Sequence record: MN988561.1
Reading direction: 5' to 3' (one strand)
DNA: 64,000 bases
Shown here: positions 9,000 to 17,884 of the stretch, in pieces
Numbering within the stretch: position 1 is the stretch's first letter
Layout of the letters: every line of letters begins with the position of its first letter
Notes under the pieces: generated by a model
The model's input: the letters and a program-made list of their open reading frames with translations, nothing else
Databases searched by the model: none
What the model was told of the DNA's origin: nothing
Program-made: the position numbers and the translations under genes

Positions 9000-9354
9000 A
9001 TTCGGATCAGAACCATTTCTTGAATGTTCGTCGAAAGGAGATAAGAGATTCAGTGCATTCTACGCTCGAATCAAGTCTCGTGACAACAAGTCGATTGAAG
9101 ATATTTATCAGTCTTCTAAGATCTTCGAAGATGGTTCTACTGGATTGTCATGGAAAGAGGCTAAAGGTCGTAAGTGTGTTAATCAGACTGAGGTCAGGAA
9201 CCTCTACCGTAGACTCTGGATTGAATATCTAGATGAAAATCCTGACCTCGTCGAATTCCTTAAGAGATTTAACGGTTATTCAGATATCTTCGGTCAAGAC
9301 GGTCATGCATGTCAAGCTGAAGAGATCTATGATTATATGGCTATGAGATCATGA
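8992..9354 (+). CDS. Hypothetical protein, possibly NADAR-like
   Basis: GAGGA RBS and ATG 8992. LECSSKGDKRFSAF...IEDIYQSSK...WKEAKG loosely resembles the NADAR FSNF...E..YQA.K pattern. Confidence 0.45.
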   Translation: MVKFGSEPFLECSSKGDKRFSAFYARIKSRDNKSIEDIYQSSKIFEDGSTGLSWKEAKGRKCVNQTEVRNLYRRLWIEYLDENPDLVEFLKRFNGYSDIFGQDGHACQAEEIYDYMAMRS

Positions 9355-9596
9355 CAATAAATAGTAATGTATTGCATGCAATTAATGATTTCAAGAACTA
9401 TATCATTGAACTTGATAATGGTGTACCGTATCGTCGAGCAGTTCAGATAAGAGATCAAGCTAGTATCTGCAATGATCTGATGAACTATACGAGTGCCAGT
9501 ATGTGGGATTCTAATCCTCCTGAGTGGCAGGAATTAGATTCACTAGTGACAATGGTATTTCAAAAGACAAATAAATTGATCTACAAGAGCGAATGA
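9351..9596 (+). CDS. Hypothetical protein
   Basis: 81 aa coupled ORF. Confidence 0.6.
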   Translation: MTINSNVLHAINDFKNYIIELDNGVPYRRAVQIRDQASICNDLMNYTSASMWDSNPPEWQELDSLVTMVFQKTNKLIYKSE

Positions 9597-9615
9597 GAGG
9601 TCGATTAACCTTCCT
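9589..9615 (+). promoter_or_regulatory. Putative phage promoter, class 1
   Basis: GCGAA-N13-AACCTTCCT. Confidence 0.7.
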
Positions 9616-9648
9616 CTTTACAACAACGAATCCAGGTATTTTTAGATA

Positions 9649-10602
9649 ATGATTATTTTAGGAGCAGGTCTGGCTGGTACATTAGCTGGACTAATTAATC
9701 CTCAGGCTTTGATCCTAGAAGGATCAAAGTCCGTTGACGATATGAGAATGCATAAAGCTGTTCTCAGATTCAGAGACGATAAGATCGGTAAATTGACTGG
9801 CGTACCTTTTACTAAGATCAAGGTCCGTAAGTCAATTCATATCGACAATAAAGACTATTTGGAATGCACTCCTCGACTAGCGAATATGTATTCGAAGAAG
9901 GTCACTGAAGGATATTCAGATCGTTCGATCTGGAATCTAGAGACTAGCGATCGATTCATTGCTCCTACGAATTTCCATGAGATTCTTATGAGCTATTGTG
10001 GTGATCGTATCAAGTTCAATCATAGTGTCACTGCAATCAAATCAGATAAGATTTATGCAAAAGATGATGTAACGATTGAACGAGATGATACTCCTATCGT
10101 TAGTACACTACCAATGCCTCTTCTAGGTCGTGTCATTGGTAAGCCATTCGACATCAAGTTCGAATCTAAGCAGATCAAGGTCTCTCGCTACAAAGTGAAA
10201 GGTGCCAAGATCAATCAAACGATCTATTTCCCAGGAACTGAGACACTTGCATATCGTGCATCGATGGTTCAAGATATCTTGATTATCGAGAAGATTGAAG
10301 ACGATAGTGGAGCGATTAACGATCGAGTTGATGATGCGTATATTATCAATGCGTTCGGTCTAGATACTCTTGATGTTGAATTCATTGAAGATGCATCCCA
10401 GCTTGGTAAGATCACAGCAATTGATGAGAAGGTTCGTAAGAATTTCATCTTCAATGTGACACGTGATCTGAATGTATACTCATTAGGTAAATTTGCATTG
10501 TGGAAAAATCACACGTTATTGGATGACGTTTATGATGACATATTCAAGATTAAAACTTATATGTCAGGTACTGATTACGATAGAATGAAATCAAGTTTTG
10601 GT
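9649..10602 (+). CDS. FAD/NAD(P)-binding oxidoreductase; 3' end runs into an N-gap
   Basis: N-terminal IILGAGLAG dinucleotide-binding motif and C-terminal VYSLGKFALW flavin-binding-type motif. Confidence 0.75.
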
Positions 10603-10622
10603 NNNNNNNNNNNNNNNNNNNA

Positions 10623-10955
10623 CAGTCTATTATAAAGAAGATTGCGAATTCTAATCGAGGGAAGCCTCGTACTGAAGAATTTAAATTAAAAGTATCTCTT
10701 CAGCATAAAGGTAAAACTGTTTCAGAAGAGTCTCGTAAGAAAATGAGTGATGCTCATAAAGCGAGAAGATCTAATCCTAATTATGTCGACAAAAGAGTAT
10801 GGTCTGAAGAGTCTAAACGTAGTTCAGGTAAACATCGTCGAGGATCTTTATGGATTACTAATCCAGATCTTAAGATAAATAAATTCATTAAGACAGATCT
10901 TGAAACTTATCTATCAAATGGATGGGTCAAAGGTCGAGGTAGTTACAATGCATAG
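10623..10955 (+). CDS. Homing endonuclease C-terminal part (NUMOD3-type repeats); 5' end lost in gap
   Basis: Frame is open from the gap: NRGKPRTEEFKLKVS, HKGKTVSEESRKKMSDAHK, WITN...GWVKGR. Confidence 0.7.
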   Translation, partial: QSIIKKIANSNRGKPRTEEFKLKVSLQHKGKTVSEESRKKMSDAHKARRSNPNYVDKRVWSEESKRSSGKHRRGSLWITNPDLKINKFIKTDLETYLSNGWVKGRGSYNA

Positions 10956-11229
10956 AAACGTTGAAGAGATCGTTAGATCATCCTTCGACGGATCGAAATG
11001 TCCAGCATTTCTGGAGAGACATATGAGAGTCTCTCCAGATGGTCAAAGACTTGCTCGAATTATTATGAACAAGTTTGATATTTTCGATACGAACGAAGTC
11101 TCTTATAATCTCGTAGAATATTACAATCCAGAAGGTGGTGAGGAATCATTTCTCATTCACATTAAAGATGACAAGGATGTCTATTTTGATATCCAGGTAC
11201 CTTCTAAGGCTATTTCTAGTTATATCTGA
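10948..11229 (+). CDS. Hypothetical protein
   Basis: GAGGT RBS and ATG 10948. Confidence 0.6.
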   Translation: MHRNVEEIVRSSFDGSKCPAFLERHMRVSPDGQRLARIIMNKFDIFDTNEVSYNLVEYYNPEGGEESFLIHIKDDKDVYFDIQVPSKAISSYI

Positions 11230-11237
11230 AAGTCATT

Positions 11238-11810
11238 ATGAACCATATTATGTTAGACTTTGAGACACTCGACACTAAACCTAGTGCAGTCGTGATGTCC
11301 GTAGGTATCGTTGCATTTGATCCCCTAGCTAACGATACCATTGAAACCCTCCGTAATGATCCTCACAGAAAATTGTATCTAAATCTGCAATTCGATGATC
11401 AGATCAAAAATGGTCGTACTATATCAGAAGATACGATCAGATGGTGGTTCGAGGATAAACTTGCAGAATCTCGATCCAAACTCAAAAGTACTGATCTTGT
11501 AAGTACTCCATTAGCTCTGACTCTAATCGATAACTTTATTCTGAAACATGATATCAGATACAGTTGGGGTAATGGATCTGACTTTGATAATGCGATCTAT
11601 GACGATCTTCATCGTACGTTTAATCGTCTTAATCGCATTAAGTATAAGAACAAGAGATGTGCTCGTACGATTTTCGGTATGACTAAGAAAAAGTATAATC
11701 CTAAGGATTATAATATTCTCGAACATGATGCAATTGAAGACTGTTACTTTCAAATCCTTCGTCTTCAAGACATGTTCAGAAATCATCTCACAGGAATCGA
11801 TTTCTCATGA
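11238..11810 (+). CDS. 3'-5' exonuclease, DEDDh (Rv2179c-like)
   Basis: IMLDFETL, WGNGSDFD, HDAIEDC. Confidence 0.85.
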   Translation: MNHIMLDFETLDTKPSAVVMSVGIVAFDPLANDTIETLRNDPHRKLYLNLQFDDQIKNGRTISEDTIRWWFEDKLAESRSKLKSTDLVSTPLALTLIDNFILKHDIRYSWGNGSDFDNAIYDDLHRTFNRLNRIKYKNKRCARTIFGMTKKKYNPKDYNILEHDAIEDCYFQILRLQDMFRNHLTGIDFS

Positions 11811-12181
11811 TACTATTCATGCATGAAGATGGATCCTACTACAGTAGTGAAGAGATCTTCCAAGACATTCATACTAATATTGATACTTCAGATGAGGGAT
11901 CTTTTCTGCTCAAGTATCTTGAGAGAGGATTTGAACCTCCTGCAGATGCTACCTCTGAGACAAAGTATGAGTATCATCTTGCCAAAATTGGATTTGGTCG
12001 ATGGATCCGTAACTCATACGGTCTATGGCAAGAAGATAATCCTCATGTCATACTGAATCCTTCTCCAAATGACGAAGGTATCATTGATCATCCACTATTT
12101 CCAGACAATCTTAGTGGCACCATAATTGATAGATTGATCCAGCACTATCAATCTAAACTTCCACAGGTGGAAAATGTATGA
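11807..12181 (+). CDS. Hypothetical protein
   Basis: 124 aa coupled ORF. Confidence 0.65.
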   Translation: MILFMHEDGSYYSSEEIFQDIHTNIDTSDEGSFLLKYLERGFEPPADATSETKYEYHLAKIGFGRWIRNSYGLWQEDNPHVILNPSPNDEGIIDHPLFPDNLSGTIIDRLIQHYQSKLPQVENV

Positions 12182-12476
12182 CCAAGTTTACTCTCGAGTA
12201 AGATGTACAAAGTACATTATTCGATATGTTACAGAAGGATATCCTTCGAGTATTCATCTTGACTATACTGTAGTTCCAGTCGAAGGTGATCTCGTTCATG
12301 CTGAGATTCATACGTCTCACTCTTTCGATATTAAAGAATTCGTAGTAGGTGCGAGTACATATAATATGTCTCAAATTTTCGATACTCATGGAGAAGCTGA
12401 GATTGCAGCTAAGAAGAGAATTCGTAACGACTATGAAAAGACGAAATCTCTATTAGAACGCTTCAATCTGGCATAA
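12174..12476 (+). CDS. Hypothetical protein
   Basis: 100 aa coupled ORF. Confidence 0.65.
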   Translation: MYDQVYSRVRCTKYIIRYVTEGYPSSIHLDYTVVPVEGDLVHAEIHTSHSFDIKEFVVGASTYNMSQIFDTHGEAEIAAKKRIRNDYEKTKSLLERFNLA

Positions 12477-12484
12477 GCCTTCCT
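12458..12484 (+). promoter_or_regulatory. Putative phage promoter, class 1
   Basis: ACGCT-N13-AGCCTTCCT. Confidence 0.65.
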
Positions 12485-12514
12485 AATTGTCCAGCACCAA
12501 ATAGGTAATTTATA

Positions 12515-13315
12515 ATGGTAAAGAGAGCCGTAGCTAAGGTACGACTTATTAACAATACTAAGTTCGCAGACTCACTTCTCGTATTTAGTAAGAATACTCG
12601 ATTGACGATGACTCCTGATATGTATGATCAGATTGTTAATCGAGAAGGTCAGTGGACTGATGAAAAGATCAGTGAAGAACTTGACTACATGGCTAACACT
12701 ATTCCTAGTAGCTGGGAATTTTGCGATTACTACTTCTTGATTTCAGGTGTGTCAAGAGCATTCACGCATCAGTTTGTTAGAAATCGTACTAACTCTTATG
12801 CACAACAGACAATGAGAGTTCTGGATATGTGCGAGTTTGATTATGTCTTTACTCGACCATATACTGATCTTCCGACGGATCGAGATCCGACTAAGGAAGA
12901 ACTCATTAATATGTCTTATGACTTCCATACTAATAAAGCATTGGAAGAAGTCCAGAAGAGATATAATGCTATGATTGAGGATGGCGTACCTGCAGAAGAT
13001 GCACGAGGCATTCTCCCTACGAACATCGCTACCAACATTCTTGCGAAGATCAATCTTCGTACGTTTGCTGATATGGCTAAGTCTCGTACAGGTGGACGTA
13101 CTCAAGGTGAGTACCAGATGATCATGAATCAGATGGTTGATGAAGTTCTGAAGGTACATCCATGGGCTGAGAAATTCTTCTTTAAGCAGGGTCGAGATTA
13201 CTTCAAGGATCTTGAAGATCTATGTGCTGAAATCTTTGGGTCTGGTACAACCAAAGAGAATCTGCATACTAAGGGTCGATTCTTGAAAATTATCGACAAG
13301 ATGCGTAAAGGTTAA
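12515..13315 (+). CDS. thyX: Flavin-dependent thymidylate synthase-like protein with variant signature
   Basis: ISGVSRAFTHQFVRNRTNSYAQQTMR, EDARGILP, INLRTF; RAQ-like QGEYQ. Confidence 0.8.
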   Translation: MVKRAVAKVRLINNTKFADSLLVFSKNTRLTMTPDMYDQIVNREGQWTDEKISEELDYMANTIPSSWEFCDYYFLISGVSRAFTHQFVRNRTNSYAQQTMRVLDMCEFDYVFTRPYTDLPTDRDPTKEELINMSYDFHTNKALEEVQKRYNAMIEDGVPAEDARGILPTNIATNILAKINLRTFADMAKSRTGGRTQGEYQMIMNQMVDEVLKVHPWAEKFFFKQGRDYFKDLEDLCAEIFGSGTTKENLHTKGRFLKIIDKMRKG

Positions 13316-13317
13316 TA

Positions 13318-13503
13318 ATGACAGAGAGATTTTATCGTACTAAACCTTCATCTGCTTTGACACGTCATGGTCGTGTAGTCTACAAACTTGTGAAAGTTTC
13401 TGTGACTGATGACTTTGATTATGCTAAATTTGAAGCAGATACTCCTGATTTTGCATCATGGGTCGATGAGTCTAAGTCGACTCCTATATTTGGAACTAAC
13501 TGA
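13318..13503 (+). CDS. Hypothetical protein
   Basis: 61 aa coupled ORF. Confidence 0.55.
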   Translation: MTERFYRTKPSSALTRHGRVVYKLVKVSVTDDFDYAKFEADTPDFASWVDESKSTPIFGTN

Positions 13504-13736
13504 TGAAAGCGACTGAATTCTGTTATTGGCTTCAAGGTTACTTTGAGATTAATGATCAGTCATCTACTTCAACTCCTCCAACTCTAAATTCATCTCAAGT
13601 CGAGGTGATTAAACGTCATCTTCAACTCGTATTCGTTCATGATATTGATCCTAGTTATCCTGCAGAACAGCAGAGTAAGTTAAATTCAATTCATAATGAT
13701 ACGCATAAGACGACAGGTCCTCTTATGAGGTGCTAA
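13503..13736 (+). CDS. Hypothetical phage protein
   Basis: 77 aa; MKATEFCYWLQGYFE N-terminus. Confidence 0.7.
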   Translation: MKATEFCYWLQGYFEINDQSSTSTPPTLNSSQVEVIKRHLQLVFVHDIDPSYPAEQQSKLNSIHNDTHKTTGPLMRC

Positions 13737-14048
13737 ATGCATTATAGTTATAATCTCGGTGAGAGATTTGATCGTGCTCGTAAGATACGTAAATTTGAAG
13801 ACGAGGTTAATGCTATTGCAGGACCTCGACAGTATCAAACGAAGAAGCTGACTCCTTGTGAGCAGTATATCTGTAGAGTATGTAATGGTACCAATCAAGT
13901 CGAAGAGACAGGTGACTTACATCGATCTGCAGGAATTATTCCTTGTCCTCATATGCATTGTGTAGGAGGCATTGTCGTAGCTGAAACTATTGAAATCAAA
14001 CGTAGAGTTAGAGTAAAAGCTATCTCTCGGAGATCTGAAGATGAATAA
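13737..14048 (+). CDS. Putative zinc-finger protein
   Basis: CRVCNGT and CPHMHCVGG. Confidence 0.55.
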   Translation: MHYSYNLGERFDRARKIRKFEDEVNAIAGPRQYQTKKLTPCEQYICRVCNGTNQVEETGDLHRSAGIIPCPHMHCVGGIVVAETIEIKRRVRVKAISRRSEDE

Positions 14049-14265
14049 AGCTAATCAAGTCCTCAAAAGATTGAGTGAAGACTATGATGTTCTGGAACCT
14101 TGTACTAAGGACCAGTTCTATACTGCAGTTAATACTGCTCACGGAGAAGGGTCATATACGCCTGTCGAAGATGAGTACGGTAACATTGACTGTAAAAGAG
14201 ATGACCTTGTGATTGCATCTTATACAAAAGGTCAAGAGAAGTACCTAGGGTACATCTATAAGTGA
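14041..14265 (+). CDS. Small acidic hypothetical protein
   Basis: 74 aa; N-terminus MNKANQVLKRLSE. Confidence 0.65.
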   Translation: MNKANQVLKRLSEDYDVLEPCTKDQFYTAVNTAHGEGSYTPVEDEYGNIDCKRDDLVIASYTKGQEKYLGYIYK

Positions 14266-14269
14266 CATC

Positions 14270-14497
14270 ATGACAAATGTTGATCAGAGTAAAATCGTAG
14301 TCATTGACTATACTAATTGGGAAGGTAAGAGATCAGTTCGAGAGATTATCCCGACTGGTGAACTCAAGTTCAAGAGTACTCTTTATCATCCAGAAATGCA
14401 ATGGATTCTAGAAGCAATCGATGTGCGTAAAGGTGAAATTCGCCACTTTGCACTGACAGACATCCATTCTATTAACGCTTATAAGGAATCGAAATAA
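14270..14497 (+). CDS. Stand-alone WYL-like domain protein
   Basis: VIDYTNWEGKRSVREIIP...QWILEAIDVRKGEIRHFALTDI matches the WYL SH3-like pattern (Y...R.v.P...W.L.A.D....R.F....I). Confidence 0.7.
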   Translation: MTNVDQSKIVVIDYTNWEGKRSVREIIPTGELKFKSTLYHPEMQWILEAIDVRKGEIRHFALTDIHSINAYKESK

Positions 14498-14766
14498 TGA
14501 GCAGAGCTCAACAAGTCATTAAGACTCTTACTGAGAATGAAAATCCACTGTACAAGAATATCGTTATGCATGTTCGTGACGGTGACTTCGACAAGTTCCA
14601 GTCAGCACTAGGTCTTCCTCTTGACCCTTCAAGTGAAGGCTATGCTAAGGGTAAGGAACTTTATGACCTACTCTCTAATGGCGCAGCTGATGATACGACT
14701 TATTCCACGACAGCAGAAGTCGTTGATAAGTTCATGACTGACAATACTGGACTGTTCAATAAGTGA
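14497..14766 (+). CDS. Small acidic hypothetical protein
   Basis: 89 aa; N-terminus MSRAQQVIKTLTE. Confidence 0.7.
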   Translation: MSRAQQVIKTLTENENPLYKNIVMHVRDGDFDKFQSALGLPLDPSSEGYAKGKELYDLLSNGAADDTTYSTTAEVVDKFMTDNTGLFNK

Positions 14767-15041
14767 TCTACGTCTTTGTCAAGACTCCAATGCATGCATG
14801 GCTTCAGGTACCTACTGAGTCTGTCGTAGGTGCAGTAGGTTCACTCTCTAAGATTGGACCTACATGGAGCTATCTTGAGAAGGAGAATGATGCTGATATG
14901 TTTATTAAAGCATATCAGCTCACCCTCGATAATCTTCATTACTATATTTTTGATCATGAACTTATGTTCTGGAATGAAGATGACTTTGAACTATTCCAAC
15001 AGATGCATACTACATTAAATACTAAAGAGAACATTGCGTGA
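14763..15041 (+). CDS. Hypothetical protein
   Basis: GTG start, coupled. Confidence 0.6.
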   Translation: MIYVFVKTPMHAWLQVPTESVVGAVGSLSKIGPTWSYLEKENDADMFIKAYQLTLDNLHYYIFDHELMFWNEDDFELFQQMHTTLNTKENIA

Positions 15042-15220
15042 AGTTATCAGATAATGAGATCGCAGAGTTGAACGCTCTGATTCGTAAATTTGTCCTCCCT
15101 ATTAATAAGAAGGAGGTCACTAGGCATAACTCAAATTACGAGTGGCTTAGAAAGAATATCAGGACTAAGAATTCTGATAGATTGACTCCACGTATTATCG
15201 AACTATTGAAATTGAATTAA
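15038..15220 (+). CDS. Hypothetical protein
   Basis: GTG start, coupled. Confidence 0.55.
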   Translation: MKLSDNEIAELNALIRKFVLPINKKEVTRHNSNYEWLRKNIRTKNSDRLTPRIIELLKLN

Positions 15221-15230
15221 TTTGATTAAG

Positions 15231-15257
15231 CCGTACAGGAGTAAGGATAGCCTTCTC
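15231..15257 (+). promoter_or_regulatory. Putative phage promoter, class 1
   Basis: CCGTA-N13-AGCCTTCTC, lying within a hairpin. Confidence 0.55.
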
Positions 15258-15285
15258 TCTTGTACGGCAATTCTTAGGCATGTAA

Positions 15286-16008
15286 ATGACAACGAATACT
15301 AGTGAGAAATCTCTGAAGAATGACATTGCTGTCAGTTCTCCAAATAAGAAGAGACTGACATTCGCTATCGACTTTGATGGCGTTATTTATCCATACAAGA
15401 ATGGATATAACAATGGGCTCATGTCTGAAGATCCCATTCCAGGTGCACGAGATGCACTGGTTCACCTTCGCAATGAAGGTCATAAGATCGTAATCAACAC
15501 CTGTCGAGGTGCTGTAGAAGATCTTAAATCTTATTTCAATCTCCATGACATTCCATTCGATGAAATCAATGAGAACTCAGATAACTATGAGGACTCAAAT
15601 AAGGGTAAACCTTTTGCTGATTATTACATCGATGATCGAGCTATTCGATTCGAAGGCGATTGGTCCCTCACATTAGATGAGGTACGTCGCAAGAGATTCC
15701 CATGGTTCATTAAGTCTGAGAATAAGATTGCAGCAGATCTTATGAATGACTCAGCAGAATTATATCGACAGCGTAATCTTGTTTATGGCGATTCATATCG
15801 ACGTCACGGTGAGATTATGGCTAAACTATTTCCTAATGGTGTAACCTTGAAGACAGCTGAAGATTTTAATCGATTCGGCATTCTTAACATGAAGATATCT
15901 AAGGTTACTAGATATTGTCAGAATTTTGAGAAGGGTGGTCATCTTGACTCAGTGATCGATGATGGTGTTTATACCTTCATGCTCGCTGAGCTTGATATGT
16001 CCAAGTAG
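15286..16008 (+). CDS. HAD phosphatase fused to a DUF6378/nucleotide-modification-associated helical domain
   Basis: N-terminal AIDFDGVI, INTCR, KPFADYYIDDRA (HAD motifs I-IV). C-terminal RNLVYGDSY...KISKVTRY...HLDSVIDDGVY. Confidence 0.65.
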   Translation: MTTNTSEKSLKNDIAVSSPNKKRLTFAIDFDGVIYPYKNGYNNGLMSEDPIPGARDALVHLRNEGHKIVINTCRGAVEDLKSYFNLHDIPFDEINENSDNYEDSNKGKPFADYYIDDRAIRFEGDWSLTLDEVRRKRFPWFIKSENKIAADLMNDSAELYRQRNLVYGDSYRRHGEIMAKLFPNGVTLKTAEDFNRFGILNMKISKVTRYCQNFEKGGHLDSVIDDGVYTFMLAELDMSK

Positions 16009-16018
16009 TGGAAGTTAT

Positions 16019-16381
16019 ATGCATACTGAAACTGAATTCACTCCTGAGGTACCTGAAGGATCTATTCAAGCTCTCACGATCTACATTCACGATAATGGTG
16101 TCTACGTCAAGCTTTCTGATGAGATGAAAGAGAAGTCGAAGGACGATCTAAGGAATGCAATTCATACATCTACGGATGTACTCATGCAATTATGTGGAGA
16201 TAATCCTTTAATCTCAATCTTCTCTATCGACAATAATGTCGCAGTGAGCCCTCTCCATAACTTTCGTCAATTGAACTCTAAGAGTAAGCTCTCTTATATT
16301 CAAGATCTTATTAATATCCTGCAAAGGATGAGATTTAACATTGAGAATCAGGTTTCAGCATTACCTGAGACAGTCAACTAG
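16019..16381 (+). CDS. Hypothetical protein
   Basis: ATG at 16019. Confidence 0.6.
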   Translation: MHTETEFTPEVPEGSIQALTIYIHDNGVYVKLSDEMKEKSKDDLRNAIHTSTDVLMQLCGDNPLISIFSIDNNVAVSPLHNFRQLNSKSKLSYIQDLINILQRMRFNIENQVSALPETVN

Positions 16382-16389
16382 GCACAATA

Positions 16390-16887
16390 ATGACTAAATC
16401 AATTAAAGTTAAAGTAATTAATGAATCTACTACCAATGCTCTTCCAGCTTATGAGACTGAAGGTTCCGCAGGTATGGACCTCAGAGCTCATATCAATGGC
16501 GACAGTCCATTCTCGAAGATTGTTAAGATCGAGAACAAAGAAGAGCATGTAATTGATATCGCTCCAGGTGAGCTACGTCTCATCTCTACAGGACTTAAAG
16601 TTGAAATTCCTGCAGGTTATGAACTTCAAGTTCGTCCACGTAGTGGATTAGCTTATAAGAATATGGTAACAGTACTAAATAGTCCTGGCACCATTGACTC
16701 TGATTATCGAGGAGTAGTCGGAGTACTTTTATTCAATCATCATCCTAGTACAGTTTTCAGAGTCAGGAATGGTGAACGTATTGCTCAGGCAGTTTTTGCT
16801 GAGTATGTACGTGCTGAATATGATAATGTAACTGATCTGAGTGCCACTGATCGAGGAGAAGGTGGATTCGGAAGTACTGGTAAATAA
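16390..16887 (+). CDS. dut: Trimeric dUTPase
   Basis: GSAGMDL, PRSGLA, GTIDSDYRG, GERIAQ, RGEGGFGSTG (motifs 1-5). Confidence 0.97.
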   Translation: MTKSIKVKVINESTTNALPAYETEGSAGMDLRAHINGDSPFSKIVKIENKEEHVIDIAPGELRLISTGLKVEIPAGYELQVRPRSGLAYKNMVTVLNSPGTIDSDYRGVVGVLLFNHHPSTVFRVRNGERIAQAVFAEYVRAEYDNVTDLSATDRGEGGFGSTGK

Positions 16888-16900
16888 TTTAGGAAATATT

Positions 16901-17884
16901 ATGCGTAATATCTTTGAACCAAGAACTGCTCCTAAGCCATACGAATATCCTGACGTTATGGGCTTCAAGGATGCAATCCGTCATAGTTACTGGTTGCATA
17001 CTGAGTGGAACTTTGAAGCTGATAAACAAGACTTCCATGTCAAGTTAAATGACGTAGAACGTTCACTCGCTAAGAATGGTCTACTCACTATCTCTCAGAT
17101 CGAAATAGCTGTTAAGAAGTTCTGGGGACGGCTTGGTGATAGATTTCCTAAGCCTGAGATTGAAGCAGTAGGTGCTACATTCGCTGAGTCTGAAGTCAGA
17201 CACTTTGACGCCTATTCGCATCTTCTAGAAATTCTAGGTCTGAATAGTGATTTCGATCAACTACTTCAGAATCCTGTAATCCAAGGTCGAGTTGATTATC
17301 TCGAGAAATACATCAAGGGTGGATCCAAGAATTCGGATCAGAACTTTACGATGACCTTGGCACTATTCTCGATCTTTATCGAGAATGTAAGTCTCTTCTC
17401 GCAGTTCCTGATTATCAAGTCGATTCATAAGCACCGTCAGGTACTTAAGGATATTGACAATGTTATCCAGGCTACTCAGCAAGAGGAAGTGATCCATGCT
17501 CTGTTTGGCATGCAGATCATCCAGTATGTTAAAGACGAGAATCCTGATTGGTTTAATGAGGATTTCTATGTCAAACTTTATGAAGCATCCAGAAAAGCTT
17601 ATGACTCTGAGTGCAAGATTATTGATTGGATCTTCGAGAACGGTGAGACTACCTATCTGAAGAAGGATACTGTCAAGGAATTCATCAAGGATAGATTCAA
17701 TGAGAGTCTGACCATGATTGGAGGAAAGGAAATATTCCCAGTCGATAAGTCTGTACTATCGAGTATCCAGTGGTTCAAGGATGAGATCGTAGCTGAAATT
17801 CAGGTTGACCAATTTAATAAGAAGTCAATTAATTACGCTAAGAAAATGCAATCTATTACAGCAGAAGATCTTTTCAATGACTAA
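16901..17884 (+). CDS. nrdB: Class I ribonucleotide reductase beta subunit
   Basis: Ferritin-like iron ligands: ESEVRHFDAY, ENVSLFSQF, EEVIHA; ATG 16901 after AGGA. Confidence 0.93.
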   Translation: MRNIFEPRTAPKPYEYPDVMGFKDAIRHSYWLHTEWNFEADKQDFHVKLNDVERSLAKNGLLTISQIEIAVKKFWGRLGDRFPKPEIEAVGATFAESEVRHFDAYSHLLEILGLNSDFDQLLQNPVIQGRVDYLEKYIKGGSKNSDQNFTMTLALFSIFIENVSLFSQFLIIKSIHKHRQVLKDIDNVIQATQQEEVIHALFGMQIIQYVKDENPDWFNEDFYVKLYEASRKAYDSECKIIDWIFENGETTYLKKDTVKEFIKDRFNESLTMIGGKEIFPVDKSVLSSIQWFKDEIVAEIQVDQFNKKSINYAKKMQSITAEDLFND

